From positions 161,756 to 225,755 of the forward strand of contig CAVZUR010000005.1 in assembly GCA_963778555.1 (NCBI GenBank): a stretch of DNA of 64,000 nucleotides, read 5' to 3'. The stretch comes from Candidatus Moraniibacteriota bacterium. GTDB lineage: Bacteria; Patescibacteriota; Minisyncoccia; Moranbacterales; UBA1568. The notes under the pieces were generated by a model. That model had not been told where the DNA came from, made no database searches, and saw only the letters and a program-made list of their open reading frames with translations. Shown here in pieces: positions 7,704 to 17,612 of this stretch (the first letter of the stretch is position 1; the number at the start of each line of letters is the position of its first letter). The position numbers and the translations under genes were made by a program.

Positions 7704-7868
7704 ATGACGACTCACGGACCACCGAGCAACCGCAATGTGTATTGCATCGCTCAGGTCGACAGCGGCGGCACCTTCTCCATCGGGCAGATGAACTCGGGCT
7801 GCGGCAGCGTGTCCCCCGATCGCCTCAGCGCCGGCCAGCACAGCGCCAACATCGCCGACGGCCACTGA
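7704..7868 (+). CDS. small ORF (54 aa; Cys/Gly/Ser-containing). An alternative upstream ATG at 7593 would give 91 aa.
   Basis: The translation is MTTHGPPSNRNVYCIAQVDSGGTFSIGQMNSGCGSVSPDRLSAGQHSANIADGH. The RBS AAAGGGA lies 7 nt upstream of the ATG. The ORF sits in a ~60% GC island with a promoter upstream and a terminator downstream. Whether it is coding is uncertain. Confidence 0.3.
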   Translation: MTTHGPPSNRNVYCIAQVDSGGTFSIGQMNSGCGSVSPDRLSAGQHSANIADGH

Positions 7869-7896
7869 CCCGCGCCCGGTGGGGAAAGGAGCTTGC

Positions 7897-7959
7897 ATGA
7901 GATCCATGCTTGCGCTGTTCTCCGGCAGCATGAGGTTCAAGGCCTCGATCTGCTGCTGA
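7897..7959 (+). CDS. very small ORF (20 aa, MRSMLALFSGSMRFKASICC) with a strong RBS
   Basis: The SD AAAGGAG lies 5 nt upstream of the ATG and the terminator hairpin is ~30 nt downstream. It is too short to assess by homology. Confidence 0.2.
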   Translation: MRSMLALFSGSMRFKASICC

Positions 7960-7986
7960 GATCCGGCTTCTGATTCACCCACACCT

Positions 7987-8027
7987 CGGGCCCCAACGAC
8001 AAACGTCTGCGGGGCCCTTCAACTTTT
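7987..8027 (+). terminator. Rho-independent terminator closing the GC-rich cassette
   Basis: gggcccc-(16 nt loop)-ggggccc is a 7-bp all-GC stem followed by ttcaactttt. Confidence 0.5.
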
Positions 8028-8040
8028 ATGTATGTGACTT

Positions 8041-8064
8041 CACTTGGAAGTTCGACTTCCAAGG
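8041..8064. repeat. 24-bp palindrome CACTTGGAAGTTCGACTTCCAAGG (copy 2)
   Basis: It is near-identical to 7431-7454 and abuts the stop of the minus-strand glyoxalase gene. Confidence 0.7.
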
Positions 8065-8065
8065 A

Positions 8066-8506
8066 CTATAAGTCCAGTCGGCGGGTGGGGCGGGCGACGG
8101 CGCTTGGATCAGTTTTCCAGACATCTGACACGTCCACATAGAGTTCGAGCTCATTGCCGTCCGGGTCGAGGATATAGAGGCTGTGTGTCACGGTGTGATC
8201 GGTCTGGCCGATGATGGTGACGTTGGCGGCTACTAATTCAGCCTTAGCCTGGCGGAGTTCGTCGTCCGTGTTTCCGATTTTGAAGCCGACGTGGTAGAGG
8301 CCTGGCTCCGGTATATGTTTGGGCCGGGGTGTGCCACCAATTTCAATGAGGAGGAGTTCATGATGGGTGCGACCGGTAGTGAACAGCGCCACGCCACGAA
8401 TTTCACTCGCTATCTCGGGAAAACCGAGCGTGTCACGGTAAAACGCTCGCGAACGCTCGAGGTTGGAGACATACAGGACGACATGGCCGAGTTCATGGAT
8501 TTTCAT
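8066..8506 (-). CDS. glyoxalase/bleomycin-resistance/VOC family protein
   Basis: MKIHELGHVVLYVSNLERSRAFYRDTLGF...HHELLLIE...GLYHVGFKI...LYILDPDGNELEL shows two beta-alpha-beta(3) VOC modules with metal-binding His/Glu. Confidence 0.8.
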   Translation of the reverse strand: MKIHELGHVVLYVSNLERSRAFYRDTLGFPEIASEIRGVALFTTGRTHHELLLIEIGGTPRPKHIPEPGLYHVGFKIGNTDDELRQAKAELVAANVTIIGQTDHTVTHSLYILDPDGNELELYVDVSDVWKTDPSAVARPTRRLDL

Positions 8507-8605
8507 AGACTTCGATTGATGAGCAGTGTGTGCATGAGTTTAAAGGAATGGCTGTGGGAACGTTCCTAGCATAGCTGTCGTAGAGGAGATTGGGAAGTCA
8601 CACTT

Positions 8606-8634
8606 TTGACTTGTCAGCTTGGAATCGATACAAT
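8606..8634 (+). promoter_or_regulatory. sigma70-like promoter (TTGACT-17-TACAAT) for the ferredoxin-reductase-like gene; near-leaderless
   Basis: tTTGACTtgtcagcttggaatcgaTACAATagcgaacgttATG places the ATG ~10 nt after the -10. The promoter occupies the first 13 codons of the track ORF 8606..9394. Confidence 0.45.
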
Positions 8635-8644
8635 AGCGAACGTT

Positions 8645-9394
8645 ATGGCCAATTTCTCCCTGAAGTTCAAAAGCAAAGTCCAAGTTGCCGATGGGACCTG
8701 GGCCTTCTCATTCGAGAAGCCGGCTGATTTCGGATTTGAAGCTGGACAATATGTGGCACTCGTTCTACCACGCCTCGTCGCTCCCGACCAGCGCGGACCG
8801 GTGCGCTCGCTTTCGATCTGTTCTGCGCCATGCGAAGGGGACCTGATGTTCGCGGTCCGTATCACGGAGAGTGGGTACAAGCAGTCGCTCATGGCGCTCG
8901 AATCGGGCGAGGTGGCCCAAGCGACAAAGCCGATTGGACACTTCACGCTGTCGTACGCCGCCGATGGCCAACGCATGGTCTTTCTCGCCGGCGGTATCGG
9001 CGTCACGCCCGTTCGAAGCATTCTCGTCCAGTCAGTACATGACGCAGTGGAGCGCCCTTTCACTTGTTTCTATTCCAACCGGCTGCTGAAAGACGCAGCC
9101 TTTCATCAAGAGCTGCAGACGCTCATGTTGTCGGACTATCGCTATGTGACGACGTTTTCCCAGGAAACCCTGCCATGCGCCGGGGCGAACGAAGAACGCG
9201 GCTATATCTGTGAAGACATGCTGCGGAAATACGTGCCAGCCGAGGAGATTGCAACGAGTTGGTACTATCTCGTTGGCGCGCCGGCGTTCATCAAGGCGAT
9301 GGAAACCATGCTCCAATCGATGGGTGTGACGAAAGAGCGCTGCGTGAACGATCCTTTTACTGGACTCGCATCAGCGAATCAGACCGCGAAATAA
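8645..9394 (+). CDS. FAD/NAD(P)-binding oxidoreductase, ferredoxin-NADP reductase-like (FNR family)
   Basis: It carries the RxYS-type FAD motif RSLSICS, GGIGVTP (NAD-binding) and the C-terminal aromatic region of the FNR fold. The start was set to the ATG at 8645, downstream of the promoter. Confidence 0.75.
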   Translation: MANFSLKFKSKVQVADGTWAFSFEKPADFGFEAGQYVALVLPRLVAPDQRGPVRSLSICSAPCEGDLMFAVRITESGYKQSLMALESGEVAQATKPIGHFTLSYAADGQRMVFLAGGIGVTPVRSILVQSVHDAVERPFTCFYSNRLLKDAAFHQELQTLMLSDYRYVTTFSQETLPCAGANEERGYICEDMLRKYVPAEEIATSWYYLVGAPAFIKAMETMLQSMGVTKERCVNDPFTGLASANQTAK

Positions 9395-9402
9395 AACCAC
9401 CT

Positions 9403-9476
9403 GCGAGAGTAGTACAATGGTAGTACGCTAGCCTTCCAAGCTAGATACGCGGGTTCGATTCCCGTCTCTCGCTCCA
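9403..9476 (+). tRNA. tRNA-Gly (anticodon TCC), CCA encoded
   Basis: The sequence is GCGAGAG-TA-GTAC-AATGGTAG-TAC-G-CTAGC-CTTCCAA-GCTAG-ATAC-GCGGG-TTCGATT-CCCGT-CTCTCGC-T-CCA. Confidence 0.85.
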
Positions 9477-9480
9477 AGTG

Positions 9481-9506
9481 CCTCACTCGAGGCTTTTTTG
9501 TTTCCG
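9481..9506 (+). terminator. Rho-independent terminator after tRNA-Gly
   Basis: gcctc-actc-gaggc is a hairpin followed by tttttt. Confidence 0.5.
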
Positions 9507-9527
9507 CGCTATACTGGTGGGACTCAT

Positions 9528-10784
9528 ATGCTTTCCTTTCGTCGCAATCTGGACCGGGGTGAACAGCGATTTCTTTCTGCACAGGCTGTCATGGCCGCAC
9601 TTGTCATAGTCTTTGCGCTGGGTGGAACGTATCTTTTTATGCGGTCAAAACCGGCACCGAGTGTCGAACCGACCATCGATCTCCAGCCATTGTCTGAGTG
9701 GGTTGATCCGGAAGCGGTCTGGGATGAATACGCTGAAGAGTCGGAGCAGCCGATCGAGAACTTGCTCGAGTTCCCTCCTTTGCCGCCTCCGCCTCCGCCT
9801 TCAATGCAACGGATGAAGCAACAAGGCTGCGTGGCGGATGGATTCCTTTCGGGCTACGGCGATGACATCAATAGCTCGATTGCGTTGGTGAATCGTTCGG
9901 CATGTTCATACCTGCATCGCGCGCTTGAGACGTGGCTTTCGCCGCCGGACTTCAAACTGGCGCGCAAAATTGTCTCCAAGATCGAACGGAAAGATATTGT
10001 GTACGGCATGTTCATCGCGGAGGCCATCGCGACGAATAAAGACTACTATTTTCCGGCCGAGGAGCGCGAGTTCGAGTTCAAGGAGATGTGTCGGAATGGC
10101 ACAAAGAACGACTGGGGAGAGCATACGTGCAAGCCGTCGTTCGAGCGTGAAGAGTACCGAAAATACCTGAAGTACATCACTGAGCGAGCGATGGATATGG
10201 GCATCCAGAGCTTTCTTTTCGGCCAGATATTTTACCAGGAGAAGAGCGACCTTTCGCAGGCGATTATTCCGGACATCATCCGCGGGATGCGTGAGTATGC
10301 CGAATTCCGGGGAATGGAGATCGTAGTTGGAGCGCAGACGAACGATATCGTCGATCCGACCTATCTCTCATACTTCGATTTTATTGAGGGCGGAGTAGGC
10401 ATCGATAGCGCGGGCGAGGTCCAAGACAATCCTTGCCATAGCCGCTGGTGGCAGGAGCCGGGGGATTGGTGCTGGGCGCTCCTCTGGCATCCGAATTACA
10501 AGAACCAGGCGAAAAATGTTTTTGTCCATTTCGACTGGAGCGGAAAAATCGGCGACGACATGAGCGTCTTTACTCGCATGAGCAAGGGGCGGCGTGCCGA
10601 AACGATGCGTCAGCTCCATGCTTCCTTTAAGCGTCAGAACGTCGGATTCCTCTTGCCCTTGATGGCGACGCTGCATCGCGAGAACAATGGCTGCTATGGC
10701 CCCAAGAAACGCTATTATTCCGCCCACCGTAAGTACACCTGTCAGGACGAGGATACGATCAATGAAATCCTCAGAAAAAAATAG
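9528..10784 (+). CDS. hypothetical membrane-anchored protein (N-terminal TM helix, poly-Pro linker, large Cys/Trp-rich extracytoplasmic domain)
   Basis: This 418-428-aa ORF has a TM helix (AVMAALVIVFALGGTYLFM), a PPLPPPPPPS linker and no family I can name. The start is ambiguous between 9498 and 9528. Confidence 0.55.
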   Translation: MLSFRRNLDRGEQRFLSAQAVMAALVIVFALGGTYLFMRSKPAPSVEPTIDLQPLSEWVDPEAVWDEYAEESEQPIENLLEFPPLPPPPPPSMQRMKQQGCVADGFLSGYGDDINSSIALVNRSACSYLHRALETWLSPPDFKLARKIVSKIERKDIVYGMFIAEAIATNKDYYFPAEEREFEFKEMCRNGTKNDWGEHTCKPSFEREEYRKYLKYITERAMDMGIQSFLFGQIFYQEKSDLSQAIIPDIIRGMREYAEFRGMEIVVGAQTNDIVDPTYLSYFDFIEGGVGIDSAGEVQDNPCHSRWWQEPGDWCWALLWHPNYKNQAKNVFVHFDWSGKIGDDMSVFTRMSKGRRAETMRQLHASFKRQNVGFLLPLMATLHRENNGCYGPKKRYYSAHRKYTCQDEDTINEILRKK

Positions 10785-10817
10785 GGCGTCAGGCGCCTTC
10801 CCTGGTATACTAGTGGC

Positions 10818-11174
10818 ATGAGAGAAGAGTTCCCAACGAAGCGTTTTCAGCGACACGCGGAGGATTTTTCTTGCGCGCATTGCGGTGCCGAGATTTCGGG
10901 AGAGGGATATACCAACCATTGCCCGCACTGTCTCTATAGCCAGCACGTCGACATTCATCCGGGCGATCGGGCGGCTGAATGCGGCGGTTTGATGGAACCC
11001 ATCGGCATCGAGCCCTTTGGCCAGAGCTGGAAGATTCTTCATCGTTGCCTGAAATGTCGTCACGAACGGAAAAATAAGGTCGGAAAATCCGATGATTTCG
11101 AAGCGGTACTTCTCCTCCAACAAAAAGCCAACAAAAAGCGTTTCTATGCAGTGGAAAAAAATGGCTCTGCCTGA
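10818..11174 (+). CDS. RNHCP domain-containing protein
   Basis: The diagnostic motif is YTNHCPHCLYSQHVD...CGGLMEP...HRCLKCRHER (RNHCP Zn-ribbon-like domain). Confidence 0.65.
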   Translation: MREEFPTKRFQRHAEDFSCAHCGAEISGEGYTNHCPHCLYSQHVDIHPGDRAAECGGLMEPIGIEPFGQSWKILHRCLKCRHERKNKVGKSDDFEAVLLLQQKANKKRFYAVEKNGSA

Positions 11175-13564
11175 GGCGGAGGACATCATACTGGAACTTC
11201 AATCAAGGAAAAGTGGCTTGTCTCAGGCGGAGGTCCGTGAGCGGCTCTTGGAGTATGGCCCGAACAGTATTGCGGAAGAAAAATCCCCTTGGCCGGAGCT
11301 GATCCGGCGCCGTTTCCGGTCTTCCTTTATGTACCTGCTATTGGCTGCTGCCGTGCTTTCGTTTGTTCTGGGCGAGCGGCTTGAAGCGCTCCTCATCTTC
11401 CTTTTTGTACTGATCAATGTGCTGCTCGAGAGCTACCAGGAATATCACTCCGAGCGGAGCCTCAGGCTGCTTCAGAAATATCTCGTCACACATGTCAAAG
11501 TCCGTCGGGCAGGCGAGGCTATGACGGTAGAAAGCGAGCAGGTCGTACCGGGCGATATCGTGCTCGTCGAGGCCGGTGATCGGCTTGCGGCGGATATGCG
11601 CTTTATCGCTTCAACGTCGATTGGAATCGATGAAAGCGCCATCTCCGGCGAGTCGTTGCCAATTTCGAAGCATCATGGACCGCTTTCTTTTCCGAAATTT
11701 GAAATGGTCGAAGCGGCTAATATCGGTTTCGCCGGGACGGTCGTCGTCTCTGGCCAAGGCGAAGGTATCGTTATCGCGACGGGCAAAGCCTCGTCACTCG
11801 GCGACATCGCCGGATTGGCCGAGGAACCGCGTCATGAGACGACGTTTGAGAAAAGCATCAATCATTTTAGCCGTTTCATCCTCCGCTTAGTTGCTGGAAC
11901 GTTGTTCTTTATTTTTGTGGCCAACATTTTTCTCCGCCGCGGAGAGACCGATGTTACGGAACTCCTCATTTTCTCGCTCGCGCTGGCGGTCTCAGTGATT
12001 CCGGAAGCGCTTCCAGTGATCACGACCGTAACGCTTTCGCGGGGATCGCTGCGCCTCGCTCAGAAGAAAGTGGTCGTGAAGCGATTGTCGGCGATCGAGG
12101 ATTTGGGAAGTATCAGTGTACTCTGCACCGACAAGACCGGTACGCTCACCGAGAATGCGCTGGCTGTCAGCGACGTGCAGTCACCCGATCCTCAGGCCTG
12201 TCTTGAACTCGCGAGCGTCGCCTCGGTCCAGACACCGATCAGTGGGGCGCTCCTGCATGATCCTTTTGATCTCGCGATCTGGCACGCGCTTGAAGAGTCG
12301 CATAAGATTCATGTCGCGGGAGTCAATCGGATTGATGTCGTTGCCTTTCGATCCAAGTCGTCGGCGAAGCAGCGTCCTGGTCCAATGGGGACATAAAACT
12401 ACACTGGTCGTTCGGGGGGCTTTTGAAGAAATACTCATTCAGTGCACCGGGCTTTCGAACGGTGAACGCGAAGATCTCATCGAATGGGGAATTCGGGCTG
12501 GGAAAGCCGGGAAACGGGTGCTGGCCATCGCTACGCGACCGTTGCCGCGGAAAAGAAAACTGGTTCCGGAGCTTGAGCAAGAGCTTGTCTTTTCCGGCAT
12601 GATTGCCTTTCTCGATCCTTTAAAAAAATCCGCAGAGAAAACAATCGCTGATGCTCGCTCATTGGGAATAGCGGTGAAGATCATCACGGGTGATGGCCGG
12701 CATGTAGCGGGAGCGGTAGCGAAGGCCGTCGGCTTGATCGAGAACCCGGACGAAGTCATCACAGGCGCCGAGCTCGAAGCCTTGCCAGAAGCAGAGCGGC
12801 GAGAACGCGTCGAGAGCTGCCACGTATTCGCTCGAGTGTCGCCGCAGGAGAAGTATTTGATTATCAAACTCCTTCAGGAAAAGCACGAGGTCGGCTTCCT
12901 TGGTGAAGGCATCAATGACGCGCCAGCTCTGAAGCTTGCTAACGTGGGTCTCGTGGTGCAGGGTGCGGCCGATATCGCCAAGGAATCGGCGGATATCGTT
13001 TTGCTTCAACGGAATCTCGGCGCGGTCATCGATGGGGTCCGCGAGGGGAGAATCATCTTTGCGAATATCCTCAAGTATCTCCGTATCACGCTGACATCGA
13101 ATTTCGGTAACTTCTATTCTGTAGCGCTTGCTTCTCTGTTCTTGCCGTTCGTTCCACTCTTGCCGATTCAGATCCTGCTCCTCAATCTGCTTTCGGACTT
13201 CCCCATGATCGCCGTCGCGACGGACAATGTTGACCCGGTGGAACTCGAGCGACCACGTTCCTATCGGATAGGATCAATCGTGCTGATGACTGTCTTTTTC
13301 GGTTTTGTGAGTTCGCTCTTCGACTTCGCGCTCTTCGGGCTGTTCTACAAAGAAGGGCCGGCCGCGCTCCAAACCGCCTGGTTTATACTTTCACTTGTCA
13401 CCGAGATTATCCTCATCTTCTCGCTTCGGACGAATTTCTTTTTCCTGAAGACGCGCCGTCCTTCCTGGTCGCTCATCGGACTGTCTGCAGCAGCGCTTAT
13501 CCTGGGGCTGTTCATTCTCCGTTCCAGTCGTCGGGAGCGAAGTCTTCCATTTTGCCCCGGATAA
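11146..13564 (+). CDS. cation-transporting P-type ATPase (MgtA/Ca-ATPase-like), interrupted by a frameshift near 12300-12335 and probably a second near 13540-13570
   Basis: The N-terminal frame (track ORF 11092..12396) carries ...DKTGTLTENALAV.... The continuation frame (track ORF 12116..13564) carries LPFDPSRRRSSVLV..., the C-terminal TM helices, and the hinge motifs TGDGRHVA and GDGINDAPAL. The likely true C-terminus (...TVKHYYTRRFEAKIPFLSV) is in a third frame and ends at 13681. Confidence 0.7.
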
Positions 13565-13678
13565 TAGCTACATCCTCGGAGTCGTAGCTGGCCTCTCTCT
13601 CTTATATTTCGTTGCGACGGAGACTGTTAAGCATTACTATACTCGGCGTTTCGAGGCCAAAATCCCGTTCTTGAGCGT

Positions 13679-14230
13679 ATGACGCTGCTCCGACAGCTTC
13701 TCGGGAAGCGCTGGTATCAGGGGGTGATGCTCCTGCTACTCGGTGCGACGCTCCTGTATCAGAAAGAAGCGGGATGGCTGCCTGAATGGAAAGCGCCTGG
13801 CTCGGTCGGATCCACACCGGCCGTCGAAGAAGAACCGATACTCGTGACACGGGTCATCGATGGCGATACGTTCGAGATTGAGGGTGGAGAAAAAGTCCGG
13901 CTCATCGGCATCGATACGCCGGAAACCGTGAAGCCTCATGCCGCGGTCGAGTGTTTTGGACGAGAATCCAGTGAGTATTTGAAACAGCTGATCGAGGGTA
14001 AGCGGGTGCGTTTAGAGCGCGATCAGACCGATCGCGACCGTTATGGCCGACTGCTCCGCTACGCCTATCTCGACGACCAGTTCGTGAACGAGTCGCTCGT
14101 CCGAGAAGGGTATGCGGCAGCGGTCAGCTATCGCCCCGATACGCAAAAACAGGCGTTGCTAGACTCCGCCGAGAATGAGGCGATGAGTGAGAAGCGGGGG
14201 CGCTTTGCAACAGGCGTCTGTCCGAAGTAG
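13679..14230 (+). CDS. thermonuclease (SNase/micrococcal-nuclease family), membrane-anchored or secreted
   Basis: ILVTRVIDGDTFEIEGGEKVRLIGIDTPETVKP...DRYGRLLRYAYLDDQFVNESLVREGYA shows the SNase fold motifs, after an N-terminal hydrophobic segment. Confidence 0.8.
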   Translation: MTLLRQLLGKRWYQGVMLLLLGATLLYQKEAGWLPEWKAPGSVGSTPAVEEEPILVTRVIDGDTFEIEGGEKVRLIGIDTPETVKPHAAVECFGRESSEYLKQLIEGKRVRLERDQTDRDRYGRLLRYAYLDDQFVNESLVREGYAAAVSYRPDTQKQALLDSAENEAMSEKRGRFATGVCPK

Positions 14231-14293
14231 CAGTATTATAAGGTCCGTTTGCTCAAGTGTTCTTTATCGTCATACCACACAGTTGTTTTGAGA

Positions 14294-14572
14294 CTAGAGA
14301 GTGCGGCGGAGCTCTTCCTCAACTTTTTTCAAATTCTCATCCGAGAAATGGTCCGGTGCATTCTCGTTCAGATTTTCGACGAGCTGGTTGATCTCGTCGT
14401 CTGTGATGCCGCGCTGCACCCCGTCCTCATTGAGAGCAGCATCGAGAACGGCACGGACATAACGGATATCGTCTTCAGATAGCCCGCGATCACGGAGCCG
14501 TGGAATGACTGCGGTGCGGAACTCTTCCTTGGTCACGCGCTTTCCATCCGCACCACCGAACAGCCAGAACAT
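14294..14572 (-). CDS. hypothetical protein (92 aa), co-directional and 11 nt downstream of thrS
   Basis: The ORF is intact and acidic (DDEINQLVENLNENAPDHFSDENLKKVEEELRR). Its operon position supports it, but I recognise no homology. Confidence 0.35.
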   Translation of the reverse strand: MFWLFGGADGKRVTKEEFRTAVIPRLRDRGLSEDDIRYVRAVLDAALNEDGVQRGITDDEINQLVENLNENAPDHFSDENLKKVEEELRRTL

Positions 14573-14582
14573 AGTCGGAAGT

Positions 14583-15833
14583 TTATTGTTTCAAGGCGAT
14601 TTCCTGCGCCAGTCGAGCAATGAAATCCATGATTGAAAGCGTGCCGATTTTCCCCAGGGTTCGATGCTCTACGCCAACCGTCTGGGCGGCAACTTCCTGA
14701 TCACCGACGACGACGAAATACGGGAGTTTTTCAATTTTTGCGGTCCGAACTTTTTTGCCGAGAGACTCGTCGCTGTGGTCGAGTTCGGCGCGAATGCCTG
14801 CTTTCACAAGTTCCGCCATGATACCCTCGGCGTAGGCTACATGTTTTTCCCCGATGGGCAGTACTTTCACTTGGACCGGCGCCAGCCAGAGCGGGAATGC
14901 GCCGCGGTAGTGTTCGATGAGGAAGGCGATGACGCGCTCAATCGCGCCGATGGAGGAGCGGTGGACTACGACGGGCCGCTTTTCAGTCCCGTCGGAAGCG
15001 ATGTAGGTCAGATTAAATCGGTCCGGCATGCAGAAATCGTACTGGACGGTAAAAGCGGTATTTTCTTTGCCACGCGCGTCGACCATCTGGATATCGATCT
15101 TCGGTCCGTAGAAGGCAGCCTCGCCCGGCGCTTCAACGAAGTTCCCTTTTCGCTTGGCGAGGACTTCGCGAAGCATTGCCTCGCCCTCATCCCAAGCGAC
15201 ATCATCCTTATAGTACTTCTTGTCGTCTTGCCGGTCTCCGAGCGAGAGGCGATAGGAATAGTGTTCTCCCAATGTGAGGCCAAAGATAGTCGCGATATGC
15301 TCGATGAGGTCGAGTGCTCGGCCGACTTCCTCCGCCGCTTGATTCCGGTCAGCACAGATGATATGGGCATCCGCAAGGCAGAAACTTCGCACTCGGACGA
15401 GGCCGGACAGTTCGCCGGAGCCTTCATAGCGGTACAGTTTGGCCAGTTCGGCAATGCGCATCGGGAGCTCGCGATAGCTATGCGGTCGATCGGCATACAG
15501 CTGGAAGTGATGCGGGCAGGTCATCGGCCGCAGCATGAATTCATGCTCGTCGATCGTGATTGGTGCGTACATCGAGTCTTGGTAGTACGGATAGTGGCCG
15601 GAGGTCTTGTACAAATCGAGTTTGGCGATGTCAGGAGTGTAGACATGGGTGTAGCCCCAGGCAATCTCGGTATCGACGATGAAGCGCTCGAGGATGCGGC
15701 GGATGGTTGCACCCTTGGGGAGCCAGAGCGGGAGCCCGGAACCAACGAGGTCAGAAAACGTAAACAGCCCGAGTTCTTGGCCCAAGCGGCGATGATCGAA
15801 TTCAGCGAGTTCGGACGGAGCTTTTTCTTCCAT
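14583..15833 (-). CDS. thrS: threonine--tRNA ligase, short form (catalytic core plus anticodon-binding domain only)
   Basis: It has class II motifs (FRLSLGDRQDDKKYY..., HRSSIGAIERVIAFLIEHY) and the anticodon-binding domain. At 416 aa it lacks the N-terminal TGS and editing domains. Confidence 0.85.
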   Translation of the reverse strand: MEEKAPSELAEFDHRRLGQELGLFTFSDLVGSGLPLWLPKGATIRRILERFIVDTEIAWGYTHVYTPDIAKLDLYKTSGHYPYYQDSMYAPITIDEHEFMLRPMTCPHHFQLYADRPHSYRELPMRIAELAKLYRYEGSGELSGLVRVRSFCLADAHIICADRNQAAEEVGRALDLIEHIATIFGLTLGEHYSYRLSLGDRQDDKKYYKDDVAWDEGEAMLREVLAKRKGNFVEAPGEAAFYGPKIDIQMVDARGKENTAFTVQYDFCMPDRFNLTYIASDGTEKRPVVVHRSSIGAIERVIAFLIEHYRGAFPLWLAPVQVKVLPIGEKHVAYAEGIMAELVKAGIRAELDHSDESLGKKVRTAKIEKLPYFVVVGDQEVAAQTVGVEHRTLGKIGTLSIMDFIARLAQEIALKQ

Positions 15834-16063
15834 ACGCTTCAGTATATCGGTATTTGGGCTCTCGGCAAGAGAAAGGAAAGGCCTCTCAGGTAAGATTTCA
15901 CGATGTGCTACTCTGCACTAGAAACATTGACTTTCGGCTAGAGAGAGACTACAGTGGGGATGTTCGCTGTCTTCATGGTTGTCTCCTCCTAGGTGTCCGA
16001 GCGACATCTTTCCAGCGCCGTTTCCCATCGTGGTGACGGCGTTCTTTCTTCATTCATTCTCGG

Positions 16064-17472
16064 CTATTTGCGCTCCTCGACTTCTTGGAAGGAGAGGACG
16101 AGATCTTTCTTCAGATCGACGGACTGAGTGACGACAGTGCCGTTCTTCCGCTTGATGGTGATCGTGACCGGAGTCGTGCCGACACCAGATTGCTTCTGAA
16201 GCATGAGCTGGTATCCTTCCTCCTTGATAGTATCTGGCAGCTCGTACTTGATCATGCCAGGCGTCTCGTGGTTCATGACCGCATCGACGAAGACTCCGAA
16301 ATACGTCTTGTTGAATGCCTCATCCGTCAGAGGATAACTCACGAGCTGGCGCTCCAGAAGTTTCGATCCTTTGGGGACATAGGCGCGCAGGTACGTGTGA
16401 TAGTCGCTCGTCCGCCAGTCGCCGTAGGTCGCGCGATGTTTGTAGGTATGTGTTAGCGTGGCGATCGGTCTTTCTCCCGTGAAGTCCACCTCGTAGTTGA
16501 CGGAGCGGTCGATAAAAAAATCACTTTTAAGTGCCCCGAGGTTGGCGTCAACGAGCATGAGATAGTCGTTGTTCCAGTCAGTGTTGACGGTGCCGTCCCA
16601 CTTCACACCAGCGACAATTTGCTGGAGAGTTTCATCCTTGAAATAGAGCATGATGTTCCGTTCCCCCAGCTCCCGATGGGCAAACTCGATCATTTTCGGA
16701 ATGTTCTCGACTGTGGCGAGGCGCTTCACCATTTCGACGGCAAGGACTTTCATGATGGCTTTGCGATTCTGTTTCAACTCAGCCGCGACATCATCGCCGA
16801 GGTAGGCCTTTTCGACCACTTCTTCGAGTTTCAGTGCGCCGTCTTCGGCACGAAAAGTCGTGGAGTATCCGGGGGCGTAATCGGACCGGTGATCGCGAGC
16901 GCATGATCCAAGACATTGGCATTGATCGCAATGACGCCATCAAATTTCTGGCCGCCGCCGGCGAGCCGATAGAAATACTCGGCCTTGGCCGCGTTCGTCG
17001 GGAAGTCCGGCGAGAAATTCGAATCGCGCATTTTCCAGCGCTTCAGTTGAAGCTTTCTGGTGAGGGGATACGGCGGGGTAATCTTCACCAGGATGCGCTG
17101 GTCGAGGAGATTCGCGTCCTCAACGAAGGTCGACAGGACCTGGCCATCCTTCACCTTGACAATCGCGTACTGCCCCAGAAATCCGCCGCCGGGACGGAGC
17201 TCGTAGTTATTCTGGAGCAACACCAGGTACGTGCGTTGGACGCCATCTTTCTTGAGGAGCGTCTCGGCCAACTGATTAACAGCCTCGATCTCCTTTTTCG
17301 TATCGGCTTCGAGCGGAAGCAATTTCGATACCTTGGTCACAAGCGAAAGCGAGCCGAGAGCGAATTCCTGCTTATGACCTTTGACAAAGTAGGTCAGAAC
17401 GCCGCCGCCCACGAGGATAAGAATGAGAAACAGCGCAACAAAAAAACGTTTTCGAGTAAACCAGGTTGGCAT
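16064..17472 (-). CDS. DUF4012 domain protein (membrane-anchored), interrupted by a frameshift near 16820-16860
   Basis: It has an N-terminal TM helix and the hallmark LLQNNYELRPGGGFLGQYA motif. The track ORFs 16831..17472 and 16064..16819 together form one ~470-aa protein. Confidence 0.65.
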
Positions 17473-17612
17473 GATACGGAGTGAAAAATTTTATGTACTC
17501 CACCATGATACCAAGAAGCCGAGACTTTGACGAACGCTTGATTTGGTACGCTCCTTGGGCTATAAATGGAGGGCATCGGACGTCGGTCTCGTGCGAATCA
17601 GATGAAGAAACG

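Noticed and set aside
10368-11189. 273-aa minus-strand ORF (and 10810..11202)
   Set aside because: It is antisense to the hypothetical gene at 9528-10784 and to the RNHCP gene. There is no recognisable domain, and the plus-strand genes are better supported by motif and context.
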